DNA of 32,520 nt from Candidatus Thorarchaeota archaeon. Lineage in GTDB: Archaea > Asgardarchaeota > Thorarchaeia > Thorarchaeales > Thorarchaeaceae. Numbering within the stretch: position 1 is the first letter of the stretch; every line of letters starts with the position of its first letter. The DNA lies in assembly GCA_016839445.1 (NCBI GenBank), contig JAEOUG010000008.1, positions 1-32,520 on the forward strand, in the 5' to 3' direction. The notes beneath the pieces were generated by a model. It was not told where the DNA came from, did no database searches, and saw only the letters and a program-made list of their open reading frames with translations. The position numbers and the translations under genes are program-made. Positions 16,684 through 23,779 of the stretch are shown here, piece by piece.

Positions 16684-18975
16684 TCACGAGGGCACGAGGA
16701 CTGCCTCTCTTAGCTCCACCCCGTTAGTTGTGAAGAAGGACTTCCCTGTGTACTCGACTTGGCTGTAGTTGCCGACGAGCAGCAATCTCAGCGGTTCGTG
16801 GAACTCTGAGCGAAGAAGGTCCAGGATTGCCTTCATTGTATCGATGTTGCTCGTTGACTCGCCTGTTTGCTCTATGGAGGAAAGCGCCTGCTTCTCCCGG
16901 TAGTAGGTCACAATGCTCCACACTGCTGTGAGGGCCATGAACAGGGCAAGTGCAACGAAGATGAGCTTGAAGAAGTAAGGCATGTACGACACATTCAGCG
17001 GCATTAGGAAGACATAGAGTATGCCCGCCACCAGCAGGGATCCCACAAGCGCTATGGTCTCAAGCTTCGGATGACCTGAGCGAGTCTCTCTGATTGCGTC
17101 CAGGTCCTCTCTTCTCCAGGGGATGTGATTGGGGAACCTGACCATGGCAGATCGGATGAACATCTTCCTGAACAGCAGACTCATCCCAATCGCCTGATAT
17201 TCACTTGGTGCGCTTCTATCGTGGATATACCCAACATCGTCTATTCCAGCGATATCCAGGTCCAGTATCGAAAGGAGCCCAGTCAGCTGCTTCCGGTTGA
17301 TTCCGTAGAACTTGGTTGAGGGACGGAGACGCAGATACTGGATGAGACCATACAGAAAGACCGGAGCTCCGATTACCGCAAGGATGATTGAGAAGTACAC
17401 CATCCCTCCTAGGAATGCAAAGGAAGAGAAGGCAAACAGCGTGATCAGGGCGAACATCAACATTATACCGCCTCCTCCCATGTAGCAGTATGTCGCTTGG
17501 TTTTCCGCATATGCCTCCCTGGAGCCCTTTTCGACTCGCTTCGCGAAGTCAGAGTGTCCACGAATCTCAAGCTCCTGCTTCCACTCATCTGGCCCCCTGA
17601 CGCCGTCTTTTCTCTCCTCGAAGTCCTGGGAAAGCGACCAGACATCTAATGCTGGGACTTGAGCTAATGATTCAGTGGTCGCATCTGGGTCAATGCCGAT
17701 GAACTCGAGGGCCCTCCGCTCCATTGTGTCTAGGTCGACGCGTATCTGGTGTAGACTCCTGTCTCTGCTTGTGAGGGCCGCCACGAAGAGAAGACCCGTT
17801 CCCGCGGAAGCAATCCAAACAATGTTCAGGGGTGGTCTGGTCAGCGCGTCTGCCAGTACTCCGATGAGCAGTGCAAGGGCGATGCTCACTCGAGCTGTGT
17901 CGGACCGAGACTTCTTTGAGAACTCCTTATCGGTCAGCATGAAGGAATTCCGCAGACTAACTGATGGAGGGATGTACTTTCCGGGTCCGTAACTCGACAG
18001 CTCTTGAGCGGCAATTCCCATCACCACAGGTATCATGATTGCCGGGAACATGAAGCCGATCCCCAGTATCTCTCGGTAGTAAAGCGACACTACTGCCACG
18101 AGGCCTGATACCATGGCCACTGGTAATAGTACAAGCATTGCATTACGTACTCTCTTGGAAAATCTGCCGAACCGGCCAGTCAAGGGTTCGAGCTGCTGTT
18201 GCGCATAGTGTACGTCTTCTCCTGCAAGGGCACCTCTGAGATTGACGTCGACAATCTTCCCTGCGGCCAGGAGCATGTTCTGTACCGGAGGACCTCTCTC
18301 AACCAGACTCCTCAGTGTCTGCATTGCATCCCTGTTGCCATCTACGGCAATTCTTCTGCCAAGGCGCACCACCAAGGCCGTGACGGAGTCCTGCGATATT
18401 GGCTTTCGAGTCGTCGTTTCTTGTTCGGGCTTCTCAGGGTCCTGCTTTGGCGTCGACACAATCTTGGACAGGCATACTCCGAAGATGATCCAGATCATTA
18501 TCGAGCCAAAGCCAAAGCCAACCAGATGTATCGCAGCGTCAGCAATCCATGGGATGGCAGGACCAAGGAGTGCAAACCTGTCGAGCAAGACGAGCAGAAA
18601 GAGGATTCCTGAAAAGATGAATCCTGTTGGTCCAATCCCCCAACCATCGAAGAGCCCTTTCATGATAGCGTAGGCCAAAACTCCTGACAGGATCGAGGGA
18701 ATGATGTAGTAAAGGGCCATCAGCGCCGTGAGGACCGCTTCTATTAGGGATGTGAATCCGGTGAAGCTTGCGATGAACATGATCAGAGCGATTGGGATGA
18801 TGACAACGAAGTTGAATCCCAGAATCAATAGCAGACCAATGGCCGCTCCTTTTCCAGGCTCCCTTCCAAACCTGAGGTGTCCCCTCTCTCTCACCTCGAA
18901 GATGATTATAGAGAGAAGGAAGGATCCGCCAAACAGCATTGGGAACCAAGAAATGAATACATCAGTTAGAGCCAA
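16684..18975 (-). CDS. Large hypothetical polytopic membrane protein
   Basis: 763-aa ORF with a TTG start. About 5 N-terminal TMs are followed by four TM-hairpins separated by soluble segments. A TATA-like GCTTAATA lies on the minus strand near 19018-19025. Confidence 0.8.
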   Translation of the reverse strand: MALTDVFISWFPMLFGGSFLLSIIIFEVRERGHLRFGREPGKGAAIGLLLILGFNFVVIIPIALIMFIASFTGFTSLIEAVLTALMALYYIIPSILSGVLAYAIMKGLFDGWGIGPTGFIFSGILFLLVLLDRFALLGPAIPWIADAAIHLVGFGFGSIMIWIIFGVCLSKIVSTPKQDPEKPEQETTTRKPISQDSVTALVVRLGRRIAVDGNRDAMQTLRSLVERGPPVQNMLLAAGKIVDVNLRGALAGEDVHYAQQQLEPLTGRFGRFSKRVRNAMLVLLPVAMVSGLVAVVSLYYREILGIGFMFPAIMIPVVMGIAAQELSSYGPGKYIPPSVSLRNSFMLTDKEFSKKSRSDTARVSIALALLIGVLADALTRPPLNIVWIASAGTGLLFVAALTSRDRSLHQIRVDLDTMERRALEFIGIDPDATTESLAQVPALDVWSLSQDFEERKDGVRGPDEWKQELEIRGHSDFAKRVEKGSREAYAENQATYCYMGGGGIMLMFALITLFAFSSFAFLGGMVYFSIILAVIGAPVFLYGLIQYLRLRPSTKFYGINRKQLTGLLSILDLDIAGIDDVGYIHDRSAPSEYQAIGMSLLFRKMFIRSAMVRFPNHIPWRREDLDAIRETRSGHPKLETIALVGSLLVAGILYVFLMPLNVSYMPYFFKLIFVALALFMALTAVWSIVTYYREKQALSSIEQTGESTSNIDTMKAILDLLRSEFHEPLRLLLVGNYSQVEYTGKSFFTTNGVELREAVLVPS

Positions 18976-19178
18976 GCTCTCTCCACACCACGCGATGGAT
19001 TGCGAGTCGCTGCGCCATATTAAGCTTCTCTTGAATAGACCTCTGCGAATCTCTCGGGTTTCGACATCCGAGGCTTGTCATCCATCTCATCCTACCCAAG
19101 TGCGCCTGACGGTCCTTCGCATCTTCTTTCCGTGAAAGACTTATGGACCAGTGTACATCATTGACAGGGGTTCTATTC

Positions 19179-19853
19179 ATGGGAATAACAATCCGTTGGT
19201 TAGCACACGCCAGCTTCGAGATAAGAGCTGGGGATCAAATCATCTACATTGATCCGTCTACAAAGAACACCGGACTGAAAGAGAGTGACTTCAAGTCTGC
19301 TGATCTAATACTGGTGACTCACGAGCACGGAGATCATTGCGATCCCAAACTCATCAAGAAGATACGCAAGATGGGAAAGCCGATAATCGCTCCTCCTACC
19401 TGCAAGAAGACCCTTGAGAAGGCTGGGTCAGTCTGGCCACTGGCTGAAGGAGAATTCATGCAGATGGGCGATGGCAAGACAACCATCATCGCTGTACCGG
19501 CGTACAATGTCAAACGCTTCAGAAAGCCTGGCGAGCCGTTCCATCCAAGAGGTCTTGGTGTCGGCTTCATCGTCAAGGTGGATGGGAAGCGCATCTACCA
19601 CGCCGGTGACACTGATCACATTCCGGAGATGGAGAAGCTCGGTGAGATTGACGTTGCACTGCTGCCCAGTGGGGACACGTACACTATGGACTTCGAGGAC
19701 TCCGCGGAGGCGGTGAAGACTATCCGTCCAGATGTCGTGATTCCAATGCACCTCTGGAATAAGGATCCAACTCCCTTCAAACAGAAAGTCGAGGCGGAGA
19801 CTGACACAAAGGTCGTCCTTCTGAGTGAAGGAGAGGAATACACTCTCGAGTAG
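19179..19853 (+). CDS. MBL-fold metallo-hydrolase (UlaG/UPF0173-like), cytoplasmic
   Basis: Contains 'WLAHASF', 'IYIDP', 'THEHGDH', 'IYHAGDT' and 'VIPMH'. AGACTTAT at 19137-19144 lies 35 nt upstream of ATG 19179. Confidence 0.92.
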   Translation: MGITIRWLAHASFEIRAGDQIIYIDPSTKNTGLKESDFKSADLILVTHEHGDHCDPKLIKKIRKMGKPIIAPPTCKKTLEKAGSVWPLAEGEFMQMGDGKTTIIAVPAYNVKRFRKPGEPFHPRGLGVGFIVKVDGKRIYHAGDTDHIPEMEKLGEIDVALLPSGDTYTMDFEDSAEAVKTIRPDVVIPMHLWNKDPTPFKQKVEAETDTKVVLLSEGEEYTLE

Positions 19854-19955
19854 TCCTCTGAGATGCCCGGCTTGCAGGGTTTTGGCCTTTGATTCAGGAA
19901 GGCATAATAGGTTCTTGAGCCAAGAGCCTGAAACATGCTTCCGAGGTGCACGAGA

Positions 19956-20522
19956 ATGACTGAGATACCCACTCCTCAATACGGGACAGGGCCTCCTCCG
20001 TCAGAGAAGAAGTCCAGTCCCGTGAAGATCATCGCCGTTGTTGCGGTCATCGCCGTTGTGGCTATTGCATTGATTGTGATTGTACCACCTATGTTAGCTC
20101 CGCCTGCGACGTATGGGGAGCGCGAAATCGCAGACTACAACAACACTGATGTCAACCTCTATCCCGTCTACTATCTAGGTGAGTTCGATGTATATAGCTC
20201 TGAAGTCCAGACGACAACTCCACCCGACCTGCTATTCGAGATATCCGTTGACGACACGGGCGTTGATTCCGTGTCAATCACGATTCATGTAGCAGTATAC
20301 CATGCAACCATGGCGACGGTTGATGCTGCCTCCACGTGGGCTGAGCTTGACCCATATCTCATGGGTGATGCTGACTATGTCGACCAAGATGTGGCAGCCT
20401 ACGCTGACCTGGAGAACTATGCATCCACCTATACATGGGTCATCTGGTTCGAGGCCTCATCAAAGACTGATACCTGGACAATTGATATCACTCTCACACT
20501 GAGGTACAACTGGAACCTGTGA
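19956..20522 (+). CDS. Hypothetical type II membrane protein (Pro-rich N-tail, single TM, acidic beta-rich ectodomain)
   Basis: 'PTPQYGTGPPPSEKK' is followed by a 20-aa Val/Ile/Ala TM and then a D/T/Y-rich domain. 19935 is an alternative start. Confidence 0.75.
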   Translation: MTEIPTPQYGTGPPPSEKKSSPVKIIAVVAVIAVVAIALIVIVPPMLAPPATYGEREIADYNNTDVNLYPVYYLGEFDVYSSEVQTTTPPDLLFEISVDDTGVDSVSITIHVAVYHATMATVDAASTWAELDPYLMGDADYVDQDVAAYADLENYASTYTWVIWFEASSKTDTWTIDITLTLRYNWNL

Positions 20523-20558
20523 GAAACCCCGCCCAGACCTCTGGCGCAATTGGCCAGT

Positions 20559-20603
20559 TGGAGGGACACTCGGAACGGGTCTAGATGATACTGAGTTCCC
20601 TCC
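20559..20603 (+). other. Intergenic stem-loop
   Basis: GGAGGGA-C-ACTCGG pairs with CTGAGT-TCCCTCC (13 bp, one bulge, one G-U) around a 17-nt loop. Confidence 0.5.
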
Positions 20604-20701
20604 CCGCCCCACTATGCGAATCCGTCAGTTATGACCATCTTCAGCAAGAAGCTGCGTTGAACTCTCGCCTTATTACCGGTTGAGAGGCTACGCTCTGAGC
20701 T

Positions 20702-21475
20702 ATGAGGACCCGTGCTTTAGCCCTGACCGGAGTTCTGGTCGCTGGGCTTGTTTCATCTGCCCTAGTAGGCCTCATCCTCTATGGACCTGGACCTGCGGAC
20801 AACTCCATCAAGCTCACGCTCTTGGACCATGCAGGTGTAATGATTGAGGCCCAGGGCCTGAGGATCTACATCGATCCAATCAACCTTGAGGAGAACTACA
20901 CACAGCTCCCCGCTGATGCCGTTCTCATCACCCATGATCACGGGGACCATTACCAGGAGTCCAATGTCAGCTTAGTTCAGAAGGATGGAACTGTGAACGT
21001 CTTTCCTGAAGTCATGGCCGATGCGATATCAACACACGACGGAGTTGGCGTAGTGCCCGGTGACCAGTTGACAGTGGGCACTATCGGGATTACAGCATTC
21101 TACATGTACACCACTGCTCCTGAGGGTTATGAGTCAAGTCATCCGAGAGAGATGAACTACACGAGCTACATTGTGGACATCGATGGCTTCACGATATTCC
21201 ATGCAGGTGATTCGAAGAACATCACAGAGTACGAGCAGCTAACTGGAACCATCGATGTTGCACTGCTTCCAATCGGTCCCGGATGCCAGACAATGTACAA
21301 CGAAGAAGTGGTTGATGCCATTGACAAGATACAGCCGGACTACTTCATTCCAATACACACCACTGAGCTCAATGCAGCCCTTTTCGTCTATGCCTATGGG
21401 GATGACATTGCATTAGTCTGCGATTGTGAAGCGATAGTGCTTGATGATGGTGAGTCAAGAATCTTCGAACCCTAG
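20702..21475 (+). CDS. MBL-fold metallo-hydrolase with N-terminal signal/anchor
   Basis: N-terminal hydrophobic helix followed by 'IYIDP', 'THDHGDH', 'IFHAGDS' and 'FIPIH'. It is an acidic paralog of 19179-19853. Confidence 0.9.
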   Translation: MRTRALALTGVLVAGLVSSALVGLILYGPGPADNSIKLTLLDHAGVMIEAQGLRIYIDPINLEENYTQLPADAVLITHDHGDHYQESNVSLVQKDGTVNVFPEVMADAISTHDGVGVVPGDQLTVGTIGITAFYMYTTAPEGYESSHPREMNYTSYIVDIDGFTIFHAGDSKNITEYEQLTGTIDVALLPIGPGCQTMYNEEVVDAIDKIQPDYFIPIHTTELNAALFVYAYGDDIALVCDCEAIVLDDGESRIFEP

Positions 21476-21491
21476 ACTGGAATCCTCCCCG

Positions 21492-21507
21492 ATTCAATAC
21501 ATTGAAT
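21492..21507. promoter_or_regulatory. Perfect 7-2-7 inverted repeat upstream of the pseudo-GTPase
   Basis: ATTCAAT-AC-ATTGAAT, an AT-rich palindrome in the 93-nt intergenic gap. Confidence 0.45.
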
Positions 21508-21568
21508 ACGGTCTTAGTGGATAGAGACTCTGCGTGATGTCGGCCACATGTTTGGTCGATAGCAGGGG

Positions 21569-22135
21569 GTGCTGGACCTGTCTTCAAGGCCGGAAACATA
21601 TCGCATAATCGTTGCAGGGGACGAGGAACTGGGGTTCAGTCTTTGTGCCAAGCTATTGGATAGAGAGCTAGAAGATCCGCGAAGTATTGCGAAGGAGTCG
21701 CTATCGCAGCCATGGCCAGATGACGAGTGGACGAAGCTCGTAACTTTCTCGACGGGTGGCCGATTCACTACAGTCGAACTGGACCTCGAGCTTCACGGGC
21801 CGTGGGTCTGGGAGTTGTATGAGACGCTGCAGCCAAAGGACTACTTCTGCAGATTCTCAGGCATTGTCCTGTGCGCAGAACCCACTCGTGAGCATCTCCC
21901 TGCCGAGCTATCGAATCTCATTGATTCCGTGAATCTACATGTCGGACGCCGACTGCCCTCAATCATGGTGGTTGATAAGTCCAGACGACTGGTGAAAGGG
22001 CAGACTGAGGCACTGCGATCGGTTGCTGACACGCTGACTGTGCCACTCTTCTTCGTACGTCTATCAAGTGGAGAGAACATAGTAGAAGCCTTCAAGCACC
22101 TCGCGTCACAGGTCTATGCCGCCGATGTTGATTGA
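21569..22135 (+). CDS. Ras/Rab-like small GTPase-fold protein with degenerate G-motifs (putative pseudo-GTPase)
   Basis: 188 aa, colinear with the Rab pattern: 'YRIIVAGDEELGFS' (G1), 'ELDLELHGP' (G3 position), 'YFCRFSGIVLC', 'LPSIMVVDKS' (G4) and 'FFVRLSSGENIVEAFKHLA' (G5/alpha5). Confidence 0.72.
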   Translation: MLDLSSRPETYRIIVAGDEELGFSLCAKLLDRELEDPRSIAKESLSQPWPDDEWTKLVTFSTGGRFTTVELDLELHGPWVWELYETLQPKDYFCRFSGIVLCAEPTREHLPAELSNLIDSVNLHVGRRLPSIMVVDKSRRLVKGQTEALRSVADTLTVPLFFVRLSSGENIVEAFKHLASQVYAADVD

Positions 22136-22149
22136 GGGGTCCCCTGGAA

Positions 22150-23700
22150 ATGATGAAGAGCCGTATGCTAGTTGCAGCGGTGATTGTCTTCTTATCTATG
22201 GCCGTACTAGCTTCACCACAATCCGGTGCGTCGCTTCTGTCCCAGGAGCAAGATGGCAGGGCTTTGAGTGAGTGGCATGATGACTGCAATACTGCGTCTG
22301 GATGGCGGCAGGAGACTGAAGGCAGTGCGTACGATGTCGAGTATGCGATCACCGGTTTCGGAGACTTGGTCGCGGTCGATGGGTCCCTTGTTGCTGCGTC
22401 CATTCCTCAGCCCGTTGATGAACCCCATGGACCTCTGTTCGTCAAGAGCCTGCCTCACTCTGTTCCGATGTCTGGTGTTGTGCAGTTCAGTGTAGATGTC
22501 GGATCCGACTTCTATCTGTCCCAAGAGGGGCATCTTCATGTCTATCTATTCGATGAAGAAGGGCGGCGCGTCACCAGGTCCGGAGTGACCAGGTCGCATT
22601 TTCTGGAGCACGTACACTACCACAGTGATGGCAGAGAATGGGCATACGGCCGATGGATGGACGAAGGTTGGGAAGGCGAGGAAGTCTGGTGGTATGACGA
22701 CGTAGTAGGCTGGCCGGTTCTCGGTGTCAGATACTACTCGCCCGTGCAGACATCGACTGAAACACAGATGAGCCAGATCGAATACGAACAGGATCGAGCT
22801 ATATCCTCCATAGGCATCCAGTTTGTTCATCTCGACGACAGAAGCTACCCTGACACAAAACTCAAGGTATACGATATCAGGCTGATTTACAAGACGCCTG
22901 AAGCGCCTACAAAGAGATGCCACATTGACTGCTCAAACGTCTCTGGGTTTGCTTTCGAGGATGTGGCGGAAGCTCTTCCCTGGTGGAGCGGAAGAACCAC
23001 TGTGCTAGGTGAAGTTCACTCCGACGGCAGCACACTTACTTTTCCTGGAATGCAGACTGAAGTTGACGGATGGCATGGTCCCCTATTCGTGTATGATTTG
23101 GCGGAACCGATTCCGGAATATCGGGTGTTCAGAGTGTCTGCGCGATTGGGGATCTGGAGGGAGGAGTATGAGGCGTGTGGAGTCCTGGAGGTCTACCTCT
23201 GTACAGCCGGGTACTCGCCCGTGTACCGTTTCTTTGTACGTCAGTCCGAATTCCCGTATCTCTCCCCAAGCTACGGGCTCACGTACTATACGCCAAGCCT
23301 AGAGCCATTCCATCACTATGGGGCCGGTAGGAACAACGTGAGCCTAGCTGCCTGGCGACATCCTGAGTTGGGGATACTGTCATTCGTATCGTATGAGTTG
23401 AACGACTTCCTGGTTCCCCCTTCTGCTCTTAGCAGCAACCGGGAAATCATGAGCATAGTGATTGTCCCTACCTCCTTTGAGGATAGAGCATGGACAACTA
23501 CGGAAGTCGATGACATAGTGATCGAGTATGGTGTCGATCCAGAGAGCACTACTACTGGGGGCGGAACAGGAACTCCTCTCACGCTGACACTAGTAGGGGT
23601 CGCTACTGTCACCATTTCTGTAGTTTCGCTCTGTGTCATTGCTCTGAGTTCCTTCAAGATACTGAAACACAAGCGGATGACTGGTTCGACCACCATCTAA
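22150..23700 (+). CDS. Cell-surface protein: signal peptide, two tandem ~210-aa beta-sandwich domains, Thr/Gly linker, C-terminal TM anchor
   Basis: Internal duplication (WHDDC..SGW / CHIDC..SGF; HGPLFVKSL / HGPLFVYDL; VYDIRLIY / VDDIVIEY), then 'STTTGGGTGTP', a TM and KILKHKR. The alternative TTG start at 22132 overlaps the upstream stop. Confidence 0.8.
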   Translation: MMKSRMLVAAVIVFLSMAVLASPQSGASLLSQEQDGRALSEWHDDCNTASGWRQETEGSAYDVEYAITGFGDLVAVDGSLVAASIPQPVDEPHGPLFVKSLPHSVPMSGVVQFSVDVGSDFYLSQEGHLHVYLFDEEGRRVTRSGVTRSHFLEHVHYHSDGREWAYGRWMDEGWEGEEVWWYDDVVGWPVLGVRYYSPVQTSTETQMSQIEYEQDRAISSIGIQFVHLDDRSYPDTKLKVYDIRLIYKTPEAPTKRCHIDCSNVSGFAFEDVAEALPWWSGRTTVLGEVHSDGSTLTFPGMQTEVDGWHGPLFVYDLAEPIPEYRVFRVSARLGIWREEYEACGVLEVYLCTAGYSPVYRFFVRQSEFPYLSPSYGLTYYTPSLEPFHHYGAGRNNVSLAAWRHPELGILSFVSYELNDFLVPPSALSSNREIMSIVIVPTSFEDRAWTTTEVDDIVIEYGVDPESTTTGGGTGTPLTLTLVGVATVTISVVSLCVIALSSFKILKHKRMTGSTTI

Positions 23701-23779
23701 TTATTCCAAATCCGTCTGGATAATTGCTTTATAGAGTGAATCGGGTTCTTATCAAGCAGTCATATGGAGTTGAATCGCC

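Noticed and set aside
19053-19072. Small hairpin CTCGG-GT-TTCG-AC-AT-CCGAG between divergent promoters
   Set aside because: It is a short bulged stem located upstream of both predicted TATA boxes, so it is probably not transcribed.
20520-20603. Selenocysteine readthrough of TGA with the downstream hairpin as SECIS
   Set aside because: Readthrough adds only about 21 unremarkable residues, there is no redox motif, and the hairpin lacks a proper AUGA/GA or GAA/A core.
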